Assembly: GCA_946187695.1 (NCBI GenBank)
Contig: CAMHSB010000006.1
Location: forward strand, 4,675-68,674
Direction: 5' to 3'
Length of the DNA: 64,000 bases
Source: an uncultured Bacteroidales bacterium
GTDB taxonomy: Bacteria; Bacteroidota; Bacteroidia; Bacteroidales; Paludibacteraceae
The translations under genes were made by a program, and so were the position numbers. Below are positions 16,038 to 25,474 of this stretch, piece after piece (the stretch's first letter is position 1; each line of letters opens with the position of its first letter). The notes beneath the pieces were generated by a model, which saw only the letters and a program-made list of their open reading frames with translations, was not told where the DNA came from and did not search any database.

Positions 16038-16167
16038 CAGCCGATTTTGGTTGGAGTCGTTATTCTCCCTCGGGAGGACTTCGTGAGTCCGACCGAAAAG
16101 CGTAGCATAGAACGTAGGCGTAATTGAGCGACGGGGTCGCGAGTCACGCGAGTTCTAATGCAAGCGC

Positions 16168-16238
16168 GCGGTGTTAGCACATCGGTAGTGCATCGGCTTC
16201 CCAAGCCGAGGAGGCGGGTTCGATTCCCGTACACCGCT
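16168..16238 (+). tRNA. tRNA-Gly (anticodon CCC), 71 nt, CCA not encoded
   Basis: Hand-folded cloverleaf. Acceptor GCGGTGT/ACACCGC, D stem GCAC/GTGC, anticodon stem TCGGC/GCCGA with loop TTCCCAA, T stem GCGGG/CCCGT with loop TTCGATT. Confidence 0.85.
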
Positions 16239-16240
16239 CT

Positions 16241-16537
16241 CAGAGTAGGCCGGTCTATCGCGCATGCGAGTGCGAGGAAAGTCCGGGCAGCATAGAGCAC
16301 CGTAACGGTTAACGGCCGTCAGGCAGTGATGTTTGGTCCCTGCAACAGAGACGAGACGCTATGCTCTCCCCGAAAGAAAGGGGAAAAGGGCAAAGCGGGT
16401 GAAACGGGCACACTACGGGCTGCAATTCCAAGTAAACCGATGTCTGAGCGTTGCTCGCGCGAGTCGGAGGGTAGGAAGCGTTAGATTAATGATAGACGCC
16501 CGCAAGGGTACAGAACCCGGCTTACAGGCTTGCTCTT
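16241..16537 (+). ncRNA. rnpB: RNase P RNA, bacterial type A, compact (~295 nt)
   Basis: Universal P4 strands GAGGAAAGTCCGGGC (16275-16289) and ACAGAACCCGGCTTA (16510-16524). P1 GAGTAGGCC/GGCTTGCTC and P2 GTCTATC/GATAGAC pair. GCAACAGAGA, GGGTGAAACGGG and GTAAAC elements are present. Confidence 0.85.
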
Positions 16538-16546
16538 TAATTGACC

Positions 16547-17830
16547 ATGAAGAATTTCTCCCAAATAGGTAAATTTGTGCGCTACGATATGTGGCGGAGG
16601 ACGACGACGGAGCTCGATACCTGGTACAAACGATTAGGGTATCAGGTGATCCGTACGATCGTGCTGGTGGTGCGCGGTTTCGGAAGCAAGAACCTGAACG
16701 ACACCGCCAAATCCCTCACCTTCTCGCTCATCTTTGCCGTGGTGCCTATCCTCGCGATGATCGTTGCGGTAGCCAAGGGTTTCGGCGTGGTAGATATCAT
16801 CGAGCAACAACTGAACGCCTCTTTCCTGGGAGAGACCGGCATGGTGCCGACCATCATGGAGATGGTAGAGCGGTACTTGGAGACCACGCAAGGCGGGTTG
16901 TTCATCGGTATCGGTATCCTGATCTTACTCTGGGCGGTATATACCTTCTTCCAATCGGTCGAGACCGCCTTCAATCGTATATGGTACGTCAAGAAACCGC
17001 GTTCGATCGTCCGTCAGGCAACGACCTATATCGCGATCGTGGTGCTGATTCCGGTGCTCATCGTCTGCAGTGCCGGTATCACGATCTTCATCCACTCGAT
17101 GGTAGGCGACTTAAATGGCGTGAGGTTTATGCAATTCGTGATCGTTTGGATGCTCTTCACCGTGATGTATCTGACCGTTCCGAACACGAAAGTTAAGTTA
17201 TGGAGCGCCCTGATACCGGGTATCCTCATGGGTACGTTGTTCCAACTGCTGCAGATGCTGTCGGTCTATCTGATCACGTTCCTGAGTCGCACGAGCATCG
17301 TCTATGGTGCGTTTGCGACCATCCCAATTCTGATGATCTGGTTGCAATACACGAGCCTGCTCATTTTGATCGGCGCGCAGATGTCGTACGCCATCCAGAA
17401 CAACGAGGAATACGAGTACGAACAGGACCTCAACCAGATGTCGCGGCGGTACAAAGACTATATCATGCTCTACCTGCTATCGACTATTATTGCGCGCTTC
17501 GAGAACGACGAAGCCCCGTTAACGGCACACGATTTAGCCGTTCGCGACAACCTGCCTATCCGATTAGTCAATCAGTTGTTAGGCCGATTGGTGGAGACAG
17601 GCATCCTGCGAGAGGTCTATGTAGAGGATGAAGGTGAGGAGAAGACCTACCAGCCGGCGCTCGATACACATAAGATAAGCGTGGGCTTGGTGCTCGACCG
17701 TACGGACGCGCAGGGCACGGAGCAGTTCCTGCAGGCGCCGACCGAAGAGATGGAAGCGTTCTGGCACAAGTACATGGACGCGAAAGTGAACCACACGACC
17801 TTGAACCAAATATTAGTAAACGAATTATAA
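16547..17830 (+). CDS. YihY/BrkB family membrane protein
   Basis: TFSLIFAVVPILAMIVAVAKGFG and multiple TM segments. ATG at 16547 preferred over TTG at 16541. Confidence 0.7.
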   Translation: MKNFSQIGKFVRYDMWRRTTTELDTWYKRLGYQVIRTIVLVVRGFGSKNLNDTAKSLTFSLIFAVVPILAMIVAVAKGFGVVDIIEQQLNASFLGETGMVPTIMEMVERYLETTQGGLFIGIGILILLWAVYTFFQSVETAFNRIWYVKKPRSIVRQATTYIAIVVLIPVLIVCSAGITIFIHSMVGDLNGVRFMQFVIVWMLFTVMYLTVPNTKVKLWSALIPGILMGTLFQLLQMLSVYLITFLSRTSIVYGAFATIPILMIWLQYTSLLILIGAQMSYAIQNNEEYEYEQDLNQMSRRYKDYIMLYLLSTIIARFENDEAPLTAHDLAVRDNLPIRLVNQLLGRLVETGILREVYVEDEGEEKTYQPALDTHKISVGLVLDRTDAQGTEQFLQAPTEEMEAFWHKYMDAKVNHTTLNQILVNEL

Positions 17831-17832
17831 GT

Positions 17833-19683
17833 ATGAAAAAGAGTTTCTTTTTGGCAGTCGTGCTGTTGCTGAGTCAGTTCAGTATGGCAGCACCGAAGAT
17901 TGAGCAAGTGGAGCCGCTGAGTTGGTGGACGGACATGAAGATGCCGCTGACCGTTCTCTTCCACGGCGAGGACCTGAAGGACGCCCAAGTGAGCGTACAG
18001 CAAGTAGTGAACGGCAAGGTAGCGAAAGGTGATTGCACGGGCTTGGTGCCCCGCAATCAGCATAACGCCGAGAGCCCGAACTACCTGTTTGTGGATTTCG
18101 GTGTGTTCCGTCCGGGTTTGTACCGTATCACCTTGAAGAAAGGTAACAAGAAAGCGAGCTACGACTACCTGATCTCGGAGCGCCGCAAGGACAGCCGCAA
18201 CCGTACGAGTTTCGATGCCTCGGACGTGATCTACCTCATCATGAGTGACCGTTTTGTGGACGGCGACCCGTCGAACAACACCACCAAGGACACCAAAGAG
18301 CGTGGCGACAAGAAGAACGTACACGGTCGCTGGGGTGGCGATATCCAAGGTATCATCAACAGCTTCGATCATATTCAGAAATTAGGCTGTACCGCTATCT
18401 GGCCGACCCCGATGTTGGGCGACAACGAGGCCGAATGGAGTTACCACGGTTATGCTTGCTCGGACTACTACCATATCGACCCGCGTTACGGTTCTAACTC
18501 CAAGTACGCCGAGATGGTGCAGCTGGCGCATCAGAAGGGTTTGAAGATCCTGATGGATATGGTGCCGAACCACTGCGGTGCCGCGCACTGGTGGATGCAG
18601 GATCTGCCTTATAAGGATTGGATCAATCAATTCCCGAAATTCACCAACACCAATAACTGCTTTACCGCGAACTATGACATCAATGCTTCGGAGTACGACC
18701 GGCTGTTGAGCAACCGCGGTTGGTTCGATCATCCGATGCCGGACATGAACCTGGAGAACCCCGATCTGCTTAAGTATTTCCAGCAGTGGGCAATCTGGTG
18801 GGTGGAATACGCCGACCTGGACGGTCTGCGCGTGGATACCTATCCGTATATCGAGAAGAAACCGGGCAGCGAGTGGCTCAAGGCTATCCGCGAGGAGTAC
18901 CCGAAGCTCAATATCGTAGGTGAGTGCTGGACCCGTCCGGCTCCGGCGGTAGCGTACTGGCAGAGCGGCACGAAGAACTTCGACGGCTTTGACTCCAACC
19001 TACCCTGCGTGATGGATTTTCCGCTGGAGGAAGCGATCCGTCAAGCGCTGGAGAACGACGGCAGCGGTTGGGGCAACGGTCTGACGAAGGTCTATGACGC
19101 CCTGACGATGGACTATCTCTATGGCGACATCAATAACGTGATGACACTGCTCGGCAACCACGATATGGCACGTATCACCGATGTCGTGAAGGACAAAGAC
19201 CCGCGTCGCGTCAAGTTAGCGTACGTGCTGCTGGCTACCATGCGCGGTATTCCGCAAGTGCTGTACGGCGATGAGTACGCCATGACATCGAAGAACAAAG
19301 AGGACGTGAACCACCACAGCTATCTCCGTGCACCGCTGCCGCAGGGTAAGGAAGTGACGAGTGAGATGCAGGATATGTTTGATTTCCAGAGCGCATTGTT
19401 CAATTGGCGTAAGCACGAGAAAGTGCTGCACTACGGCAAGACCATGCATTTCATGGCACGTAACAACACCTACGCTTATTTCCGTTATAACGACGATGAG
19501 GCAGTCTTTGTCTTCGCCAATGCAGCCGACGACGCACGCGAGGTGCCGGTTGAGACCTACCAGGAGATCCTGAGTCTGTATAACCCTGTAGGTGTTGATC
19601 CGCTGACAGGAAAAGAAATCGACCTGAGCCAAGCGCTGAAGGTCGATGGACTGAGTACGATCATCGTGAAGTTAAAACGATGA
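17833..19683 (+). CDS. Secreted GH13 alpha-amylase family enzyme (cyclomaltodextrinase/neopullulanase-like)
   Basis: Signal peptide. GH13 regions DMVPNH, DGLRVDTYPY, VGECW and LGNHDM. Confidence 0.8.
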   Translation: MKKSFFLAVVLLLSQFSMAAPKIEQVEPLSWWTDMKMPLTVLFHGEDLKDAQVSVQQVVNGKVAKGDCTGLVPRNQHNAESPNYLFVDFGVFRPGLYRITLKKGNKKASYDYLISERRKDSRNRTSFDASDVIYLIMSDRFVDGDPSNNTTKDTKERGDKKNVHGRWGGDIQGIINSFDHIQKLGCTAIWPTPMLGDNEAEWSYHGYACSDYYHIDPRYGSNSKYAEMVQLAHQKGLKILMDMVPNHCGAAHWWMQDLPYKDWINQFPKFTNTNNCFTANYDINASEYDRLLSNRGWFDHPMPDMNLENPDLLKYFQQWAIWWVEYADLDGLRVDTYPYIEKKPGSEWLKAIREEYPKLNIVGECWTRPAPAVAYWQSGTKNFDGFDSNLPCVMDFPLEEAIRQALENDGSGWGNGLTKVYDALTMDYLYGDINNVMTLLGNHDMARITDVVKDKDPRRVKLAYVLLATMRGIPQVLYGDEYAMTSKNKEDVNHHSYLRAPLPQGKEVTSEMQDMFDFQSALFNWRKHEKVLHYGKTMHFMARNNTYAYFRYNDDEAVFVFANAADDAREVPVETYQEILSLYNPVGVDPLTGKEIDLSQALKVDGLSTIIVKLKR

Positions 19684-19708
19684 ACGATTAAGGATTATCG
19701 ATTATCGG

Positions 19709-20785
19709 TTAGTATAATCGCTCCGCAAAATGGAGCAGTGAATCGGGGGCGTTATTCAGGACATGAATAACGTCCTCGAGCATTTCTTCGGGGTGTACGA
19801 CACCACGCTCCCAGAAATTATTCGCGCCGGACGGCAGCCTTTGCTTACGCCAATTATATACACGTCCGTCTTGATACGCCTTGAACCAGGTATGCTTCTC
19901 GTCTAACTCCGCCAACTCAGCAAGCGAGGTACCGTTTGCTCCTACCCATACATCCGCCTCATGGAAATAGCGCAGCGTCTCCTCAATCGTCAGCGGGATC
20001 GAGGTCTCTCGCTCATCGTCGTAGAAAGGATAATCCGCACCGGCATCCTTGAAGAGATAGGCCAGATAGTTCTTACCGGAAGGGACGTACCAGGTGCCTC
20101 TAAAATTATTGCCGGACATAATAGAGCGCTTTGCGCTCTGACCGCCTTCGGCTGTAGGATCGCTGCCGCTATAAGACCGTTTCACTGTAAGACTTTTGTA
20201 TTTCGTCTCCACCTCTGCAAAGACAGAATCGGCTTCGTGCAGACGGCCGGTGAGGGCACCTAGCACGCGGATCCATTCAGCTCGCGCTAAAGGAGAGTGT
20301 TCTTGCCATTCGTTGATATAGATCGTGCGCACGCCGAGTTTCTCCAAGCGCACCGCCTCGAGATTATCATACTGGCCGTAATTGACCGCCAAGAGGGCAT
20401 CCAGTCCGGCTTGGAGCGTCCGTTCCGCCGAGGGTTTCATCGAGTCCCCCAGGTCTATCTCATCGCCTTTGACGGGCGTGTAGATCAGTTCGGGATTGCA
20501 GACCGCCACGAGGCAGTCCATCGCATTCAGCGCATAGAGAAAGCCTACCTGCACGGTGGACATCGTACCGAGCCGACGCATCGGTTCGCGCACACAAAGA
20601 CGCGTGTACGGCTGGAAGACCTCCACGATCGTACCGGTGTCGGTAGGGGTGATCTGAAAACCTACCGCGTACTTATTCCCCGGGGGAATACTACCCTGCT
20701 CTGCGGACTGTTTGGTACAGCCCGCAAAGCAAAGCAGCAGTACATTAAAGCTCAGCGCCCAGAATATTGAATGCCTTGTTGCCAC
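19709..20785 (-). CDS. Periplasmic-binding-protein family lipoprotein (BtuF/FecB-like), last gene of the B12-regulated operon
   Basis: Lipobox LLCFAGC; general resemblance to type III ABC substrate-binding proteins; operon context behind a cobalamin riboswitch. GTG start. Confidence 0.55.
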   Translation of the reverse strand: MATRHSIFWALSFNVLLLCFAGCTKQSAEQGSIPPGNKYAVGFQITPTDTGTIVEVFQPYTRLCVREPMRRLGTMSTVQVGFLYALNAMDCLVAVCNPELIYTPVKGDEIDLGDSMKPSAERTLQAGLDALLAVNYGQYDNLEAVRLEKLGVRTIYINEWQEHSPLARAEWIRVLGALTGRLHEADSVFAEVETKYKSLTVKRSYSGSDPTAEGGQSAKRSIMSGNNFRGTWYVPSGKNYLAYLFKDAGADYPFYDDERETSIPLTIEETLRYFHEADVWVGANGTSLAELAELDEKHTWFKAYQDGRVYNWRKQRLPSGANNFWERGVVHPEEMLEDVIHVLNNAPDSLLHFAERLY

Positions 20786-21542
20786 GAACGATAACTACTT
20801 GACCGTTACGCATCATTTTGGTTGCCTTCACCTCAGCCTTTGTATTGACTACAGCCTCCTTCGGAGCCTCTGCACCCAGGTTGTCGATACAGAAATACGA
20901 CGGGGTATTCAGACCATACTGACCCGTACGGCTACCACTCATTTCAAAATACAGCTCATCGATCTCACCCAGCGAGCTGAGGTCTACCCAGGTCCATTTG
21001 TCCATAATGTTGGTGCCTTCTGCCAAATCAACAAACACTCTTGCGTTCACGCCTACACCATTCAGCTTTGCGTAAACAATCAGCGAGAGATAATCGTCCT
21101 TCGTAAACGGCTCACCTGCATACGCATCACCTTTAGTCATCGAGTTGTACGCATAGACGTTGTTGCATACAAACATACCCGGAACAACAGCTGCTTCCTT
21201 CAGTGTGATTTTGTCCGGATCGCCCCATGCATTTACATAAAATACAACATAGTTCTGTCCTTCGTAGGCACCACCTGCAATCGACTTGTTAGCATCCTGA
21301 AGACCACCGAAAACCGTGTCAGAGTGGCTGGAGATAACAGCACCGGCAACAGAGCTACCGCTGTAAGAAACGGTCTCTTGGAGACTGAAACTACCGCTCT
21401 CGAAAAAACCGGTCGTGTCATTAGCGAACTTCAACTCCTGCTCCGGTGCGAGGTTAATGTTCTCGAAGTCTGCTACTTGCAGATCTGCAAACATAGCGGT
21501 GCTCATCAAGGCAGCCGCTGCAAAAAAGAAAATCTTTTTCAT
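20745..21542 (-). CDS. DUF4465-like secreted protein with T9SS-type C-terminal tail
   Basis: Signal peptide. FESGSFSL...YFCIDNL pattern as in DUF4465 proteins of Bacteroides B12 loci. C-terminus MMRNGQVVIVRGNKAFNILGAEL resembles the tails of the C10 proteases in this window. Confidence 0.55.
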   Translation of the reverse strand: MKKIFFFAAAALMSTAMFADLQVADFENINLAPEQELKFANDTTGFFESGSFSLQETVSYSGSSVAGAVISSHSDTVFGGLQDANKSIAGGAYEGQNYVVFYVNAWGDPDKITLKEAAVVPGMFVCNNVYAYNSMTKGDAYAGEPFTKDDYLSLIVYAKLNGVGVNARVFVDLAEGTNIMDKWTWVDLSSLGEIDELYFEMSGSRTGQYGLNTPSYFCIDNLGAEAPKEAVVNTKAEVKATKMMRNGQVVIVRGNKAFNILGAEL

Positions 21543-21597
21543 TTGTTTTTTGTTTTTAAATTGTTAATAAATAAGTTAATATAAAGTGTTGTTAGCA

Positions 21598-23469
21598 CTA
21601 TTGTACATGTAAATCGATGGCGCCTGTTATCTCGGTACTAAGCTCACCGGTTGCCCCCAGCACCTCGTCGGAGGCATTATAGACGCGCACGAAATCAATG
21701 GCGGAGAGCGTCACCGCATTTCCATCCGCGTCTACAGCCCAAGATATATCAAAACTCGTACCCTCTACGTCCTTATTGGGTTTGTTATCCACGTATCCGT
21801 ATTCCAAGATCCGCTGCACGTTCTGCCCGCTGATGGTCACCGTCTGCGGGGTGATCTTGGCACCCTTAAGCGTGTACGCATCGGCCGTCAACCACTGCGG
21901 ATAGTAAGGCTGCGAATGGAATTCATTTTGTAGCGTATCCCCTGCCCGCGTATAGGTGCGGGAGAAGGCATGGTCGGTCTTCGGATCATCGTATAGACTG
22001 CCCTTCAGCTCGTACCATGTATCATCGGGTTGTCCGTTCTTATTGGCATCCACGCTCACGAGCACGATACCCGGTTCGGAAGAGCCGTACTCAGTAGAAC
22101 CGGTCATGTAGAACGCATTGCCGAGAATCTGTGTATCGCGTCCTTCTTTGTTCTCCACCGGATGATCAAAACCGAAGGTGATATAGCCACCCCACCCGCC
22201 TAAAGTTACCATGCCTCCGGCGTTGTTGGCGAGCGCCTTTTCGCACTTCCTGCACATGGCCGCCGCATCGTCTCCCTCCTCGTATGCAGGCAGTACGTTG
22301 ACGAACTGGCCCATCGCCGGCAGGTACTCATAGACTTTGTAGAGGTAAGCGGAGTTATGGGCCACCGGTGTCGTGTCCTGTTTCTGCTCGTAGGTGCCTG
22401 TCACGCGGCACAGATGTCCGGGAATGTCACCGGTCATAGCCGTCCATCGTTCAGTTCCGTCGTAGCCGTAACAATGCAGCACGCCGGACGAGACGTAGTT
22501 CTTCGCATCCGTGATATAAAGCGCCTCATCGGTGGCCAGCATGCCGTAGGGGTTCTCATAGGACGATAGCGGATAGACCTTCGAATATTGATAATCCGCC
22601 GTGGAGATGCCCCGCACTTGCTTATTCGCATGATCGAGTACATAGACGGTAGAGCCGAGCACGGAAAGGTTATTGGCATGGATCGGCAGGACGGTCTTGA
22701 CCTGCTTGTTAGCGAGCACGTAGAGTCCGTTATCGGTAGCCACCCAGAGCTGTTGGCGGTCATCAACACGGATACGTTGCGGGTTCTTACCGACGATGAT
22801 CTTCTGTTTCTCGGTTAGGGACGCAAGATCGATGACGGACACCGTGGAGTCATGGCGGTTGGTGATGTACCCGCCGGAGTTGACGACAAACAGCTCGTCC
22901 CCTACTACGCATAGCTCGTCCGGCTGATGGCCGACCTTCACTTCCCGCGTGATCTTCAGGCTGGCGGTGTCGATCTCGAAGACCGAACCAAGCATGTCCG
23001 GATCAGCGATCGAGCCCACGTACGCACTCACGTATGCCTTGCCGCCGTAGAAAGCCACGTACCGGCAGTTCGGTATATCGACGCTTCCGATATGGCGCGC
23101 CTGCAGGTCCATGATCTCCACGCGATGGGAGCAGTTGATGACGGCATAGAGCCGCGATCCGTACTGCTGAATATCGTTGCCCACATCGCCGAGTTCCTTC
23201 ACCTGCGTAGGGTTCTGCGCCCCATACCAGTTGGCGTAATAGGTACCGGTCTCGAGGTTCATATAATCGAGCCGCGCTTTGTTCGAACCCATATTTCCCT
23301 CGCAGAGCACGTACAGTCCACCCTTCTGCACTTCCGTCGTCACCTCCGTCGGAATCGTCGGATAGATGACCTCGTCATGCCTGCAGGACCATAGGAGTAC
23401 ACATACCAAAATGGTAAATGGTAAATGGTAAATGGTAAATGGTTTTAGTATCGGAAAGCGAGCGTGCAT
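21598..23469 (-). CDS. Surface lipoprotein with YncE-like beta-propeller (BtuG-like candidate) plus C-terminal extension
   Basis: Lipobox LLWSC. Repeated propeller-like segments (GNDIQQYGSRLYAVINCSHRVEIMDL, GHQPDELCVVGDELFVVNSGG). Lies immediately after the TonB receptor in a riboswitch-led operon. Confidence 0.5.
   Translation of the reverse strand: MHARFPILKPFTIYHLPFTILVCVLLWSCRHDEVIYPTIPTEVTTEVQKGGLYVLCEGNMGSNKARLDYMNLETGTYYANWYGAQNPTQVKELGDVGNDIQQYGSRLYAVINCSHRVEIMDLQARHIGSVDIPNCRYVAFYGGKAYVSAYVGSIADPDMLGSVFEIDTASLKITREVKVGHQPDELCVVGDELFVVNSGGYITNRHDSTVSVIDLASLTEKQKIIVGKNPQRIRVDDRQQLWVATDNGLYVLANKQVKTVLPIHANNLSVLGSTVYVLDHANKQVRGISTADYQYSKVYPLSSYENPYGMLATDEALYITDAKNYVSSGVLHCYGYDGTERWTAMTGDIPGHLCRVTGTYEQKQDTTPVAHNSAYLYKVYEYLPAMGQFVNVLPAYEEGDDAAAMCRKCEKALANNAGGMVTLGGWGGYITFGFDHPVENKEGRDTQILGNAFYMTGSTEYGSSEPGIVLVSVDANKNGQPDDTWYELKGSLYDDPKTDHAFSRTYTRAGDTLQNEFHSQPYYPQWLTADAYTLKGAKITPQTVTISGQNVQRILEYGYVDNKPNKDVEGTSFDISWAVDADGNAVTLSAIDFVRVYNASDEVLGATGELSTEITGAIDLHVQ
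23409..23443 (-). repeat. (AAATGGT)x5 heptanucleotide tandem repeat inside the signal-peptide region of the BtuG-like gene
   Basis: Five perfect units read directly. Encodes KPFTIYHLPFTIL on the minus strand and abuts the btuB-like stop codon (23445-23447). Confidence 0.9.
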
Positions 23470-25463
23470 CGTACGTTTTGTTTGGGCATCGGGTAGTTCT
23501 GGATTACCTCGTAATCCTGCCCGAGCAGGTTGTTAATCTCTATGTTGGCTTTGAGCCAGTACCGCTTGATCGACCACTCTCCGTAGATGGTCATATCGTG
23601 CGTGTACCAAGGCTGTACATAATTATAGATCGTGTTTTCTTGCTGACCGTAGCGCTCCCCGACGTAGATGAAGGAGTACGTCAAGCCATAATGGTCGCCG
23701 CGCTTGCTGGACCAGTCCAGACTTGCCACCACACTCCCGCTGTGCCATGGGATATAAGGGATCTGATGCCCGTAATAGGTGTCGGTGGGGTTGGTCACAT
23801 CGATCGCTTTGTTGTAGGTATAGTTGAGTCGCGTGCGGAGCACAAAGCGCAGCGGCAGATAGAACGACATATCACCGTGTGCATCGACACCGTGGATCTT
23901 GACTGTCCCCAAGTTGAGCATCGTCCAGCGGAATTGCTGTCCCTTCGGGTACGCGATGATTTTATCCGTCACACGGTTGTAGTAATACGAAGCCGAGAAA
24001 GACAGCTCATACGCCTGCGCCTTCTTGCGGTACGCCAGTTCGATACTATGTTGCCGCGCCAGCTCCGGACGGAGGTTCGCATTGCCCAGATCCGTGTAAT
24101 AAAGGTCGTTGAAGGTCGGATAGCGGTAACTCTGCTTGTAGAACGCATTGAGACTGAGGTCGATCTTGGGGTACGGACGGAAGGAAGCGAACACGCCTGG
24201 CGTGAATTTAGGATTGGTGATTGGTGATTTTTGATTTTCGATTTGGGTCATCAGTACCGAAGCCTGCAAGCGTACGTACTCCTTAAAGTTGAATGCCGTG
24301 GCGGCAGAGAGCCAATGCGAATGGCGGTCAAAGAACTCCTTTCCATCGTCCAGCAGCAGGTTCGCACGATCGAGGGCGTTATACTGGTAGTCATACGCCA
24401 GGGACAGGTCCCACCAGTTGAACAGCTGCACCTTATTGGCAAAGGAAAGGTAGGCTTCCTGCTGCGTATATTCGTTGTTGGAAGGCAGGAGCTTGACATC
24501 GAAATTGTGATAATGCGTGTAGTCGTTCGCGTACTTGAGCAGCAGCCGCGTGCTCCACCGATCCCACCATTCGTCCTGCCATTGAGCCTGCACGAAGGTG
24601 TTGCGGTCCTGGAGTCGTTCTCCGTTGCGCCAGACGTTATTGACAATAGCGCCGGGTATTCCTCTGTCGGACCAGTAGTTATAGGCATGCACGCGCCAGA
24701 AACCGGTCGTGCGGTAGTAATGATGCAGCCCCAGCTCTGCCCGCACGGCATTGATATCGCCGTTCTGACGGATGGCTGTGGTATCATAGGCCGTCGTGCC
24801 GTCCGGAAAGACGCGCTTGTAGCGGAAAGGATACTTACCGTTCGAATAGACATACTCCGCGTCCATGGTTAACGACAGCCCTTCCGTCAGCTTCACATCC
24901 ACGCCCACGCAGGGGTTCGCCAAAGCAAACGAACCGAAGCGCATCTGCGCGCGTACGTGTACGCGCTCGCCCGTTTTAAAATAAGGTTTACGCGTGGTAA
25001 GATAGACGTTCCCTGCCGCACCGAACTCGCGGGCAGACTGAAAGATATCGGATTTCTGACCCTTGTACAGGTCTATCTGCTCCATGTTATCCAGCGAAAA
25101 ACGTCCCAGGTCCACCTGTCCGTTCTGGGCATTGCCTAACTGCACGCCGTTGTAATAGACCGCCGTATGCTGGCTACCCATCGAGCGGACGTTGATCGTC
25201 TTGATACCGCCTACCCCGCCGTAATCCTTGAGTTGGATACCCGAGAAATAACGCAACGCGTCGGCCACCGTAAGCGCACAGAGCCGTTTGAGCTCCGCCC
25301 CTTTGAGCGTCTGCGGCACGATGACATCTTTCGTTAACGCACGCGCCGTCACCTCGACCTCCTCGATGCGGAAGTCGTTGTAGAGTGTGTCCGGCTCGTT
25401 TTGAGCAAGCACAGACATTGCACTCAGTGCGGCAATAACTATGAGAATGTTGCGTCTTATCAT
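23445..25463 (-). CDS. TonB-dependent outer-membrane receptor (BtuB-like)
   Basis: 672 aa, signal peptide, plug region (VTARALTKD...TLKGAELKRL), C-terminal beta-barrel ending ...CTLAFRY. Preceded by a cobalamin riboswitch. Confidence 0.8.
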   Translation of the reverse strand: MIRRNILIVIAALSAMSVLAQNEPDTLYNDFRIEEVEVTARALTKDVIVPQTLKGAELKRLCALTVADALRYFSGIQLKDYGGVGGIKTINVRSMGSQHTAVYYNGVQLGNAQNGQVDLGRFSLDNMEQIDLYKGQKSDIFQSAREFGAAGNVYLTTRKPYFKTGERVHVRAQMRFGSFALANPCVGVDVKLTEGLSLTMDAEYVYSNGKYPFRYKRVFPDGTTAYDTTAIRQNGDINAVRAELGLHHYYRTTGFWRVHAYNYWSDRGIPGAIVNNVWRNGERLQDRNTFVQAQWQDEWWDRWSTRLLLKYANDYTHYHNFDVKLLPSNNEYTQQEAYLSFANKVQLFNWWDLSLAYDYQYNALDRANLLLDDGKEFFDRHSHWLSAATAFNFKEYVRLQASVLMTQIENQKSPITNPKFTPGVFASFRPYPKIDLSLNAFYKQSYRYPTFNDLYYTDLGNANLRPELARQHSIELAYRKKAQAYELSFSASYYYNRVTDKIIAYPKGQQFRWTMLNLGTVKIHGVDAHGDMSFYLPLRFVLRTRLNYTYNKAIDVTNPTDTYYGHQIPYIPWHSGSVVASLDWSSKRGDHYGLTYSFIYVGERYGQQENTIYNYVQPWYTHDMTIYGEWSIKRYWLKANIEINNLLGQDYEVIQNYPMPKQNVRCTLAFRY

Positions 25464-25474
25464 CGTTTCGTCCT

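Noticed and set aside
16003-16040. Near-identical ~40-bp sequences at 16003-16040 and 38978-39015 (AAATCTTGCAAATTTRAAAAATTTGTAGTANNTTTGCAG), each bordering an AT-rich island, considered as att sites or island direct repeats.
   Set aside because: Both contain a -33-like TTG and a TAnnTTTG -7 box at the right distance from host genes (tRNA/rnpB and queH). Similar architecture recurs at 35260-35297 and 43060-43105. Shared strong-promoter architecture is the more likely explanation.
15998-16300. 100-aa minus-strand ORF.
   Set aside because: It lies entirely over the tRNA-Gly gene, its leader and the 5' part of the RNase P RNA. It is an RNA-gene shadow.
17647-18372. Long antisense or alternative-frame ORFs across the GC-rich backbone (e.g. 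17647-18372, 20712-21584, 23439-24227, 24231-24872, 25778-26566, 27735-28790, 47315-48397, 48974-50500, 50813-51742, 59529-61151).
   Set aside because: All overlap well-supported genes with clear family motifs on the other strand or frame. Their Arg/His/Val-rich composition is typical of GC-rich shadow ORFs.
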